DNA of 64,000 bases from positions 5,473,990-5,537,989 of the forward strand of contig OZ252150.1 in NCBI GenBank assembly GCA_965248775.1, given 5' to 3'. The DNA comes from Anaerolineales bacterium (GTDB taxonomy: Bacteria; Chloroflexota; Anaerolineae; Anaerolineales; JBHHUI01). The notes beneath the pieces were generated by a model that made no database searches, was not told the DNA's origin, and was given only the letters and a program-made list of their open reading frames with translations. Shown in pieces: positions 39,813 to 48,330 of this stretch. Within the stretch, counting starts at the first letter, position 1, and each line of letters opens with the position of its first letter. Position numbers and translations under genes: made by a program.

Positions 39813-41141
39813 GGAATGAGAATTAAATAACTTGTGCAAATGGGAGAGCGCGGTAATTCCATTGGGGCAAGAAATCATCAAAGATAATGCGCATGTTGTC
39901 CCTGAAATCTGTGGCTACTTTACGACCGGTTTCGTAGACCTGGTCAATAACATGGACAAAAGCTTTCAGTCCGGTCTTGGTGCTGGTTTTTTCCATCAGT
40001 TCTTTGACGAGTTTGCGGCTGGTGAAGATCACGCCTTGGCAAGCGCGGGTAACATGCGGGAAGAAACGGTGTTCGCTGGGGTTGTATTTCGAGCAATAGG
40101 GTGGATAGTGAGCAATGCGAATTTCGACCCCGATTTCATCGGCCAGTGCTTGCAAGTCTTGCTTGAAGATGTAGTAGCGGGAACTGTTACTCCCGCCGCC
40201 ATCGCAAAGCACGAGAATAGAAGTGGCGTTGGGATAGTGGTAGTGGCCGTATGTGTACCACCAATGGCGAAAGCTATCGCAAGCGAATTCACTGGTATCA
40301 TGACTGCCGCCTAGTTGGATGTAGCCGACATTGAGACGCAAGTCGTAGAGACTGTGAGGAATGCTGACCCCAGCAGCATAGCTGTTGAAATCATGGTCAT
40401 AAGTTTGCAGTTCTTCCAGGGTGTACAAATGTCCGTCTCGGTAGAAATTGCCCAGATATTCCTTTTTCTTGCTGTCCATGCTGACAATGGGATTGCCCGC
40501 CGCTTCGAATTCGGTCTTGAGCCGCGTGATGTTCTCAAATTGCTCGTTGCGGTTTTCAATCTCGGCCTTCAAACCGAGTTTCTTTTGCGCTTTTCGGCGG
40601 CGATAGTTGTGCTTCTGCAGCAACTTGCGCACCACATATTTGCTGACCACGATGTCGTGCTCGGCCCGCAACGCCGCAACAATCTCGCCCGGGGTCAGGT
40701 TCGTCCAGCGCACCCTCTCGTCCATCGGGTCACCGGCTGTGTGCTCGCGCAACACTGCCAGGAACTTCTCAGCAAGTTGCGCCCCCCATGTGACGTAGTA
40801 CGGTTTGCGTCCGCCGCCTGGCTTCCGAATGCGCTGCTCCACTTCGCCCTTGGGCAAGCCACTGACTTCGCGGGCGCCTTTGCTCACCGTGTTGCGACTG
40901 CACCCCAACACCCGCGCAATGTAACTCCGTCCGCCGTGTCCAAATCTCAAGGCTTCGAAACCAGCAAAGCGACGCCCATCTTTCTCGTTCAAGCTGTTGT
41001 AAAAGCGGCGCATCATTTCTTCATGTTCGGGCGCATAGGGTTTCATCATGGCCTGCTGGCTAGTGTTCTGATGAAGCCAAGAGAATATCACTGCTTGCAT
41101 CCGTTGTGAACCAACTGCCCAAATTATTTAATTCTCGTTCC
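39813..41141 (-). mobile_element. ISAzo13-family insertion sequence
   Basis: Terminal IRs GGAATGAGAATTAAATAACTTG and complement GGAACGAGAATTAAATAATTTG. Flanked by TTA at 39810-39812 and 41142-41144. Confidence 0.8.
39823..41100 (-). CDS. ISAzo13-family DDE transposase
   Basis: Its length and motifs (RKPGGGRK, VSMDSKKKE, CDGGGSNS, YPPYCSKYNPSEHR) match my recollection of this family. The start may be MMKPY at 41049. Confidence 0.75.
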   Translation of the reverse strand: MQAVIFSWLHQNTSQQAMMKPYAPEHEEMMRRFYNSLNEKDGRRFAGFEALRFGHGGRSYIARVLGCSRNTVSKGAREVSGLPKGEVEQRIRKPGGGRKPYYVTWGAQLAEKFLAVLREHTAGDPMDERVRWTNLTPGEIVAALRAEHDIVVSKYVVRKLLQKHNYRRRKAQKKLGLKAEIENRNEQFENITRLKTEFEAAGNPIVSMDSKKKEYLGNFYRDGHLYTLEELQTYDHDFNSYAAGVSIPHSLYDLRLNVGYIQLGGSHDTSEFACDSFRHWWYTYGHYHYPNATSILVLCDGGGSNSSRYYIFKQDLQALADEIGVEIRIAHYPPYCSKYNPSEHRFFPHVTRACQGVIFTSRKLVKELMEKTSTKTGLKAFVHVIDQVYETGRKVATDFRDNMRIIFDDFLPQWNYRALPFAQVI

Positions 41142-42689
41142 TTAGTTACTTCCCAGAGGGTGGCGGCATGTTCGTGCGAGAGATGTCCGATGGGGCGATG
41201 GGCGAAGTTGCGAATCCTCATGGGATTGTGTGTTGTAGCCCGTCATGGGGCGCGAGCAGCCGGTTTGTCTATTTCAGCAATGGTTCCGGCGAAGGCCCGA
41301 TTCCTGCTGGTTTGTGGCAGTACGATTCCGTCACGGGCGAAACGTTTGAAATTGGAGGTCCAACACAATACTTTCGCGAACTGGCGAACCTGACTCAGTT
41401 TGCGTTTCTGCCGGCACCGCAATCAGTCCAACAACCTGAGTACATCTTGCATGAGATCACTGGCGCCGGCCCGCGCCAATTACGGGAAGATCAATACTTC
41501 GGAATAGATCCACTCTGGGACCCAAATGGACTGGGTGTTCTCATCGTCGATCTTGCAACTGCCAACATCAACCAGATGGTGAATAATCGTCCTGGAGGCA
41601 CTTTGCGCTGGCTACCTGCGGATGGCAGCGAGGCAGTGGAACTTGTGGCCATCGGAAACAATCCTAAGTGGGCAGTCTCGGGAGAAGCAAACATGCCACC
41701 GACTCCTGTCCCTGTGAGCGAGGCTGAAGCGGCTGCCGAAGGGAGCGACGCGCCTGCAATTCCCGGTCTCGTGATCGGGCCAGACGGCTGGCCGGTGGGT
41801 GGTGTGTCTGTCGATGCCGGCAGTAATGGTTCCATCAGCGGTTCAATCGCGTATCCTTCTGAGGGCATCCCGAAGATGAAGATCTATGCTGTGGGCTATA
41901 ACGCAGCAGAGGAGTTCCGTTACTATTGGATCGGCACTGCGACCAATCAACAACAATACACTTTGGAAGTTGAATCTGGTATGTACTATGTCTATGCTTA
42001 CGGAATTATCCTGTTGACAAACCAAGTCGACTAGCTTACAATTCGATCATAACAGGAGAGGTGATCGAACTTGCCCGGATGACCGAAGACGAAGCGCGGA
42101 CTCTGATAGAGCAAATCCGCTGGCCGGAAGCACCAATCTGTCCGCACTGTGGGGTCCTCGGAAACTCTGTTCGGTTAGAGGGTGCCTCGACTCGCCCCGG
42201 CCTCTTCAAGTGCCGCGACTGCCGCAGACAGTACACCGTCACGGTCAACACGATCATGCACCGCTCGAAGATTCCGCTGTCGAAGTGGCTCATAGCCTTT
42301 CATCTGATGTGCTCATCGAAGAAGGGCATCAGCGCCCTACAATTGCAGCGCGAATTGGGGCTCGGTTCCTATCAGACTGCCTGGCACATGGCGCACCGCG
42401 TCCGCTACGCGATGAACGCTGGCGGTCTGACCTCACCGTTGAGCGTTGACGTTGAGGTCGATGAGACCTACGTCGGCGGCAAGCCGCGCAAGGGCTCCAA
42501 GGTCGAGCCGAAGCGTGGGCGCGGTACGCGCAAGCAACCCGTCATGGCGATGGTCGAGCGCAACGGGCGCGCCAAGACGCGAGTTGTTGCCGATGTTAGT
42601 GGCAAGACGCTGAAAAAGGTGATCCGTGAGGGTGTCCACCGCTCGGCCCGTATCCTGACCGACGAGTGGGGCGGCTACTACAGCGTCGG

Positions 42690-43518
42690 GGTAGTGGTTA
42701 CATGGTAACTGATGGGGACCACGCTGTATTGTAGTAATGGAGATACAACTTGAGTACAGCTTCATGGTAAACGTCGGACTTGGAGAAAGAAAGAGTTTTG
42801 CGCACGAAGCGAGCCAGTCTCTGGCGCAAGGTGTTGTTCCAGCGTTCCACGTGAGATGTCTGGCCGCTTTCTTTGCCGACACTTTGGTGAGTGTCGTTTG
42901 GTAAAACCTTCTGGTAAGCGTGCCAGAAGTCGCTGAAGGAGCAACACGCTTTGTAGGATGCTGGGATGGATTTCCATAACGCGCGACAACTTTTTTCACT
43001 GCGGTCGCCAATAAAATAGGCCACCACTTGGCGCGTGCGCCGACACAGCGCGACCCATATCCAACGTTTATCGTTTTTTGTGCGTACAAATGACCATAAT
43101 TCATCCAATTCCAGCACATCATCCGTTTTTACGGTTTCTAAAGTGTCAGCCAGGTTCGGCATAGCGCCGGCCTTCTCCAGAATCCAGCGTGCTAATGTCT
43201 GCCGCGCGATGCCAAAGATGCGCTCAATGCCGCGCATACTGGCTCGCTCTCGATAGGTGCGTAGGACAAATTCTCTGATGAACTCAGGATAAGAACGGCT
43301 TTGCGGTTCCAACATTCCATAAGCGGCGCAATCGAGACAATGAAACTTCTGACCGCCTTTATAGTCTGTACCATTCTTGACAATGTTGAGGCTCCTGCAC
43401 TTTGAACACTCATGCGTGATGACACTCTGGATCATTTTGGCGCTCCTCTGTTTGGCAGGCCAACAACTTACTTTTTCCAGACTCATCAGTCAACATGTAA
43501 CCACTACCAGCGTCGGTA
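42690..43518 (-). mobile_element. IS1-family insertion sequence nested in the IS1595 transposase gene
   Basis: IRs GGTAGTGGTTACATGGTAACTGATG and complement GGTAGTGGTTACATGTTGACTGATG. 8-bp TSD AGCGTCGG (42682-42689 and 43519-43526). Confidence 0.88.
42698..43435 (-). CDS. IS1-family transposase (fused InsAB-type single ORF)
   Basis: CSKC...CLDC zinc finger, DELWSFV and HVERWNNTLRQRLARFVRKTLSFSK motifs. GAGGAG SD before ATG 43435. Confidence 0.88.
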   Translation of the reverse strand: MIQSVITHECSKCRSLNIVKNGTDYKGGQKFHCLDCAAYGMLEPQSRSYPEFIREFVLRTYRERASMRGIERIFGIARQTLARWILEKAGAMPNLADTLETVKTDDVLELDELWSFVRTKNDKRWIWVALCRRTRQVVAYFIGDRSEKSCRALWKSIPASYKACCSFSDFWHAYQKVLPNDTHQSVGKESGQTSHVERWNNTLRQRLARFVRKTLSFSKSDVYHEAVLKLYLHYYNTAWSPSVTM

Positions 43519-43794
43519 AGGACTTCGAGGGCGGTCACGAGACGGTGACGCACTCCGAACATGAGTACGCTCGGGGCGACGTTCACACGAACACGGCGGA
43601 GTCCTTCTTTGCGCTGCTGAAACGTGGCATTGTTGGCGCGTTTCAGCACGTCAGCAAGAAGCACTTCTGGCGCTACGCCGATGAGTTCGAGTTTCGCTGG
43701 AACCACAGGAAGGTCAACGATCACGACCGGACGGTGGCGGCGCTAGCGCAGTCGGGCGGAAAAATCCTGACCCGAGAAATCCTTAGCGGGGCGC

Positions 43795-43864
43795 AAGCCC
43801 CCGGATTTAGCCGTCATGACCCAGTGCATTCATCACGACCCAGTTCATTCGTGACTGGGTGGGG
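43795..43864 (+). repeat. left-end hairpin module of the TnpB element
   Basis: AAGCCCCCGGATTTAGCCGT + CATGACCCAGTGCATTCAT CACGACCCAGTTCATTCG TGACTGGGTGGGG. It is near-identical to 46506-46556 except for one extra 18-19-nt unit. Confidence 0.75.
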
Positions 43865-44305
43865 TCAGCCCCGCCGATTGAAGCAGATGATTCGAGTACA
43901 CATACTTAGGTCGAAGATAAGCCGCGAACAGGCCGCTGCGCTCAATCAAGAGAGTGGTCGTATCTATACCGGCGTAATGGTCGAACACTGGCGCATCTAC
44001 AAGAAAGGTCGCGGCCATTGGCTGTCACGTTGGGCTGCCGAGAGATACAACGATTATCTCGGTGGCCCAACTAGCCTGCACGCTCACAGCCGAGACGCAG
44101 CCCAACAAGGATTCTATAAAGCTTGCAAGGTTGTAAATACACAACGCAAAATGGGACTGAACATACGTTATCCCTGGCGACGCAAGTTCTACCGGACAAC
44201 GATCTGGAAGAACACCGGTATCTCGCTCAAGAGCAATATGCTTCGGCTTGCCCTGGCGCGCGGCCATCACGATGCAGTCCGCACGTGACTGTGTGAGCCG
44301 ATCAT

Positions 44306-44360
44306 CATGACCCAGTGCATTCACCCAGTCACGAATGAACTGGGTCGTGATGACTGGGTG
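44306..44360. repeat. 55-nt nested-palindrome mini-element inside tnpB (copy B)
   Basis: CATGACCCAGTGCATTCACCCAGTCACGAATGAACTGGGTCGTGATGACTGGGTG. It is built from the same ACCCAGT/ACTGGGT units as the element ends. Confidence 0.75.
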
Positions 44361-44732
44361 CTCAAGCTACCGCGCAATCTGGCAAGGTTCGAGAACGAGA
44401 ATTTCAAAGAAGTCCGGCTGGTCTATAACAAGAGCCGCCGCCGTTACTACTGGCATGTCGTCATTGAAGATGGTCGCCAGCCCGGAAAACCAACTGGGAA
44501 CGGCATCGCCGGGATCGACCTGGGCGAGATACATCCGGCCGCCATCACAGACGGGACGAACGGCCTGGTCATTTCCTGCCGCGAAATGCGAGCAACAAAG
44601 CAGTACACGAACAAACGGCTGGCAACTTTGAAGCGCCTGCAAAGCAGCAAACAAAAATACTCGCGGCGCTGGTGGCGAATACAGCGCCGCAGCAATCGGT
44701 TCCTTGCGCAACAGGCAAGTCGAACCCGAGAC

Positions 44733-45923
44733 TTCACTACCGGACACTTTCTGCGCGGGGCATGTCAAAGGCGACCGGGATGGGCAGATGCTCATTTAGG
44801 AACTGTTCCAGCAGGCGCAAGCCGAGTTGAAATAGGCTCAGATCACAGCGGTCGGTGCGGTGAATGACTTGCACCCAATTATCTCGTTTGGCGATGACGC
44901 CCAAGTAGATGATCCAGATGTAAGCAAGGCAAGCTGCGATCATCAACCGGGCCAGCCGGGCCGGGTCGGCGATATGGCTTTTATGCAAATTGAAGCCCCG
45001 GCTTTTCTGGTCGGAGAAGAAAGTTTCAATACGAAAGCGTTTGTTATACCAGGAACAGGCTTCGGCAACCAGCTCCAGGTTGGTGACCAGATAGAGGGGC
45101 TCTTTGCAGTCGCGCTGCCACCACGCGATGGCAAGGACGGGCCCATATTCCTGCTGGGTGAAGGCGACATCCGGCACGCCGCGGTATGCACCACGGGGCA
45201 CATCCAGGTCGGCGAAGGCGAACCAGTCGCCCCCTTCACATAGCTGGACATGCTTGGCCGTGCGACAGACGTAGGCCCATTCGTAGTCATTCAGAGCCGC
45301 CTGGAGGTTCGTGCCATCGAATTCACCATCCCCCAGGAAGACGACATCGCTTGCAGGGGGCACCAAAGCGTGTACTTCTGTCAACAACTGCACGTGTGTC
45401 GCTTCTGAAAAATGTCCTTTGCTCCCTTTGACGGTGACCCACGCCACCGGCAAAGCACGTTGCTTGTAGATGACGCTCACCATCAGGGTCAGGCAACCGC
45501 GGCCCACTTCGCTGCCGTCCATTGCCAACACGAGCGTGCGGTCCTGCGCCAGACCCTGCAATAAGGGTTCAGCGAAGGGTAGAAAGAAGACTTCGTTATT
45601 AATATGCTCATTCTTGACCCAGCGGGCGTACCGTTTGACCCGGCTCTCGGGTTTGTTGCCGTCTGGCACTTTCCTGGCGATCGCCGGTAGCTGGCTACTC
45701 TGGCTGCGGACAATTCCGCTGACCATGGCAGCGAGCGTATCCAAATGGCGAGCCAAGTTGCCCTGCGGTTCTCCTGGGTACAGTTGCCGCAAGGCGCTCT
45801 TTATGGCACGATATGTACGGCGGTTGTCACTCATGGCGATACTCCCCTTGTTCTGTGGTAGAACGGAGAGTGTAGCCGAGAGGCAACCGCTAATCAATCA
45901 CGGATAAAGTGTCCGGTAGTGAA
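44733..45923 (-). mobile_element. IS4-family insertion sequence nested in tnpB
   Basis: Perfect 18-bp terminal IRs TTCACTACCGGACACTTT / AAAGTGTCCGGTAGTGAA. 8-bp TSD CCCGAGAC (44725-44732 and 45924-45931). Confidence 0.85.
44737..45834 (-). CDS. IS4-family DDE transposase
   Basis: YNKRFRIETFFSDQK gives the Y-2-R-3-E-6-K signature. AAGGGGA SD before ATG 45834. Confidence 0.75.
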   Translation of the reverse strand: MSDNRRTYRAIKSALRQLYPGEPQGNLARHLDTLAAMVSGIVRSQSSQLPAIARKVPDGNKPESRVKRYARWVKNEHINNEVFFLPFAEPLLQGLAQDRTLVLAMDGSEVGRGCLTLMVSVIYKQRALPVAWVTVKGSKGHFSEATHVQLLTEVHALVPPASDVVFLGDGEFDGTNLQAALNDYEWAYVCRTAKHVQLCEGGDWFAFADLDVPRGAYRGVPDVAFTQQEYGPVLAIAWWQRDCKEPLYLVTNLELVAEACSWYNKRFRIETFFSDQKSRGFNLHKSHIADPARLARLMIAACLAYIWIIYLGVIAKRDNWVQVIHRTDRCDLSLFQLGLRLLEQFLNEHLPIPVAFDMPRAESVR

Positions 45924-46051
45924 CCCGAGACATGGAACACAAGGTCAGTCGCGCAGTGATCGACTGGTGCCTTGAAAACGGTATCGCTGAGATAGCTATC
46001 GGCAATGTTAGAGATATTGCAGACGGCAAACGCCTTCATCGGAAGAGTCAA

Positions 46052-46106
46052 CACCCAGTCACCCAGTCATGAATGTACTGGGTCATGACGAATGCACTGG
46101 GTCGTG
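46052..46106. repeat. 55-nt nested-palindrome mini-element inside tnpB (copy C, opposite orientation)
   Basis: CACCCAGTCACCCAGTCATGAATGTACTGGGTCATGACGAATGCACTGGGTCGTG. Its reverse complement aligns with the left-end module. It introduces TGA at 46070-46072. Confidence 0.75.
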
Positions 46107-46441
46107 AAAAACTCTCGAATTGGGCGCATGGCCGAATGCGTAAATATATCAGCTACAAAGCCGAGGCCGAAGGTATCGCCGTTTTCGACAATGTGAACGA
46201 AAAATTTACCAGCCAAACATGCCCTGAATGCGGCAAGCGGCACACGCCACGCGGACGGGTTTTCAAATGCCCCCATTGCGGTTTTGTCGGCGTGCGCGAT
46301 ATTGTCGGCGCAGCCAACATAAAGAGCAGGCATGTTAATGGCAAACTAGCGAAGGTCGCAGCACCTTCTCCAAAGTATCGTAAACCTTTTCAAAGAGGCT
46401 TGCGTAGTCGCGTGGACACCGCGAACTTGGCTTGGGAATGA

Positions 46442-46495
46442 ACCCAGTCACCGCGTACTGCCGTACCCGGCAAGTGCGAATGCGCTGGGTCATGA
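46442..46495 (+). repeat. long imperfect hairpin immediately after the tnpB stop
   Basis: ACCCAGTCACCGCGTACTGCCG...CGGCAAGTGCGAATGCGCTGGGTCATGA. The outer stem uses the same ACCCAG/CTGGGT unit. Confidence 0.65.
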
Positions 46496-46505
46496 TAATC
46501 CCAAG

Positions 46506-46556
46506 AAGCCCCCGGCTTTAGCTGTCATGACCCAGTGCATTCATGACTGGGTGGGG
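46506..46556 (+). repeat. right-end hairpin module of the TnpB element
   Basis: AAGCCCCCGGCTTTAGCTGT + CATGACCCAGTGCATTCATGACTGGGTGGGG. Homology to the left module stops exactly at 46556. Confidence 0.75.
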
Positions 46557-46596
46557 AGTGTCACCTATCGGCGTGCTGTCGAAGGGGCGTAAGCCT

Positions 46597-48330
46597 ATGG
46601 CCGATAACTCGAAGCCCAACGTCGCAGACTCCGAGCCGATCTCGTCGCTGTATCCGCATTCGCTCGAGGACGCGGTACGTGGTCTGCTCGGCGTTCCCTG
46701 GCCCCCACCTGACGATCAGCAGACCGAACCGGAGCAAGGTGACGGGGCGTCGGAGGTCGCCCTTGCGGCGTTGGCGCTTGCGCTCGGCGCCGATTCCGTA
46801 GGGGAATTTACCAAGGCCGAGACGGCGCTCCTGGCCGATCCACCGGACGTTGAGAAGGCCGTCGTAACCAACCTGCGAGCGAAGATCCGCAACGGTGAAG
46901 ATCCTTTGGGCGAGGCTTTCTGCGCCGTCCGCACTGCCGAGGCTCGCCGGGAGAAAGGCGCTGTTTACACGCCATTCCCAATCGTCGGCGCGATGCTGGA
47001 TTGGGCCGAGACCGTGGGCGTTCCTGACCGCGTGGTGGAGCCTGGCGCGGGCTCGGCACGGTTCCTCTTGGAGTCGGGGCGGCGGTTCCCCGACGCGGCA
47101 CTCGTGGCCGTCGAGACAGACCCGCTGGCTGCATTGCTGGCGCGAGCGAATCTCGCTGTCAACGGATTCGGAGACCGCGCCAGCATCATGCTCCGAGACT
47201 TCCGTTCAGCAAAGTTCGGCAAGATCGACGGTCGAACGCTCTACATCGGGAACCCGCCCTACGTGCGCCACCACCTGATCAGCGCGAAGTGGAAGAAGTG
47301 GCTCAAGAGAGAGGCAGACGCCCTCGACCTGAAGGTCAGCACGCTAGCCGGTCTCCACGTCTACTTCTTTCTGGCGATAGCGCGGTGGGCCAAGGCGGGC
47401 GACTACGGCGCTCTCATCACCGCCGCCGAATGGCTTGATGTGAACTACGGGCAACTGGTCCGAGACCTCTTCTTGGACCGCCTGGGCGGTCAGAGCGTCT
47501 ACGTAATCGAGCCCGAAGCCGAACCGTTCCCCGGCACACAGGCGACAGGGGCCGTAACGACGTTCACGGTCAACGGCCAGCCGACGTCGGCGCGCTTCGC
47601 CCGTATCGACAAGCTCGACGACCTTGACCACCTGTCGGGCGGGCGGCGCGTCCGCCGCGAACGGCTGATAGCTGAGCCGCGATGGTCGCACTTCACCCGC
47701 AAGGCGCAGGAGGTCCCCGAAGGCTACGTGGAGTTGGGCGAGCTATGCAGGGTGCATCGTGGGCAGGTGACGGGAGCAAATCGCGTGTGGATCGCTGGCG
47801 AGCACAGTGAGGGGTTGCCCGAGGACGTTCTCTTTCCGACCGTCACCCGCGCCGTCGAGTTGATCCGCGCCGGGCTCATCCTGGCAGACGCCGCGATGTT
47901 GCGGTGTGTCATCGACTTGCCAGTAGACCTAGCAGAGTTCTCCGGGCGCGGGCGAGATGCTATCGACAAGTTTCTTGCACGGGCCGAGATGATGGGCGGG
48001 AAGGACAACTACACGGCGCAGCATCGTAAGGCATGGTGGTCTGTGGGCCTCCGCGAGCCCGCGCCGGTGCTCGCCACGTACATGGCACGCCGGCCCCCGG
48101 CATTCGTACTGAATCAGGCTGAGGCGCGGCATTTGAACATCGCGCACGGCCTGTACCCGCGCGAGTCCATGACCTCGACCATGCTCACGGCGCTTGTGAA
48201 GTATCTCCGCGACGCCGCGACGATGAGGGGCGGGCGCGTGTACGCTGGCGGGCTGATAAAGTTCGAGCCCCGCGAGATGGAGCGGATACCCGTTCCCGAG
48301 CCCGTCACGCTCTTGGAAATCACCGCGTGA
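46597..48330 (+). CDS. N6-adenine DNA methyltransferase (Eco57I/TaqI-like, type II)
   Basis: Motif I VEPGAGSARF lies upstream of motif IV NPPY (IGNPPYVRHH). AAGGGG SD before ATG 46597. The track start at 46543 lies inside IS sequence. Confidence 0.85.
   Translation: MADNSKPNVADSEPISSLYPHSLEDAVRGLLGVPWPPPDDQQTEPEQGDGASEVALAALALALGADSVGEFTKAETALLADPPDVEKAVVTNLRAKIRNGEDPLGEAFCAVRTAEARREKGAVYTPFPIVGAMLDWAETVGVPDRVVEPGAGSARFLLESGRRFPDAALVAVETDPLAALLARANLAVNGFGDRASIMLRDFRSAKFGKIDGRTLYIGNPPYVRHHLISAKWKKWLKREADALDLKVSTLAGLHVYFFLAIARWAKAGDYGALITAAEWLDVNYGQLVRDLFLDRLGGQSVYVIEPEAEPFPGTQATGAVTTFTVNGQPTSARFARIDKLDDLDHLSGGRRVRRERLIAEPRWSHFTRKAQEVPEGYVELGELCRVHRGQVTGANRVWIAGEHSEGLPEDVLFPTVTRAVELIRAGLILADAAMLRCVIDLPVDLAEFSGRGRDAIDKFLARAEMMGGKDNYTAQHRKAWWSVGLREPAPVLATYMARRPPAFVLNQAEARHLNIAHGLYPRESMTSTMLTALVKYLRDAATMRGGRVYAGGLIKFEPREMERIPVPEPVTLLEITA

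Larger units (their letters stand above)
39107..42034 (+). pseudogene. PD40/TolB-like lipoprotein gene split by an ISAzo13-family IS
   Basis: Lipobox LVAALAC. The N-part ends ...GTKLIIEF at 39811 and the C-part resumes SYFPEGGGMFVREMSDG at 41144. Removing 39813-41141 plus one TTA restores a single frame. Confidence 0.8.
43887..46441 (+). pseudogene. tnpB: RNA-guided endonuclease TnpB, disrupted by two 55-nt palindromic inserts, one IS4-family IS and stop codons
   Basis: The segments read MIRVHILRSK...LRLALARG / VLKLPRNL...GIDLGEIHPAAITDG (RuvC-I)...ASRTRD / MEHKVSRAVIDW...HRKSQ / EKLSNWAHGRMRKYISYKAEAEG...CPECG...CPHCG (zinc finger)...RDIVGAANI (RuvC-III). Confidence 0.85.
43764..46556 (+). 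mobile_element. TnpB-only IS200/IS605-superfamily (IS1341-like) element; left boundary uncertain
   Basis: Similar hairpin modules occur in direct orientation at both ends (43795-43864 and 46506-46556). There is no tnpA. The size after removing nested elements is about 1.48 kb. Confidence 0.7.
42061..46592 (+). pseudogene. IS1595-family transposase in three segments (42061-42689, 43527-43763, 46557-46592)
   Basis: N-terminal zinc ribbon CPHCG...CRDC and DDE region DETYVGG...TDEWGGYYSVG|KDFEGGHETV...NTAESFF...EFEFRWNHR. The C-terminal tail VTYRRAVEGA* is found only after the TnpB element. Confidence 0.75.
42034..46595 (+). mobile_element. IS1595-family element (ends approximate) carrying two nested insertions
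   Basis: The left end AGCTTACAATTCGATCA resembles the complement of the right end (GGCTTACGCCCCTTCGACA). The transposase ORF is reconstructable across the nested elements. Confidence 0.6.

Noticed and set aside
43377-44288. Track ORF 43377..44288 (303 aa) as a real protein, and likewise 44307..44867.
   Set aside because: These are read-through artefacts. The first fuses the IS1 terminal repeat, the IS1595 transposase C-terminal segment, the left-end hairpin of the TnpB element and the tnpB N-terminus. The second fuses palindromic insert B, the tnpB middle and the end of the IS4 element.
43795-46556. The cluster of similar palindromic repeats as a CRISPR array.
   Set aside because: Five copies lie at irregular spacing (about 0.1-1.7 kb) in both orientations, with variable internal structure. 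They are embedded in or flank a tnpB gene. There are no cas genes and no uniform spacers.
46543-46596. The upstream start (46543) for the methyltransferase ORF.
   Set aside because: That extension reads through the right-end hairpin of the TnpB element and the last codons of the IS1595 transposase. ATG 46597 has an AAGGGG SD and gives a sensible N-terminus.
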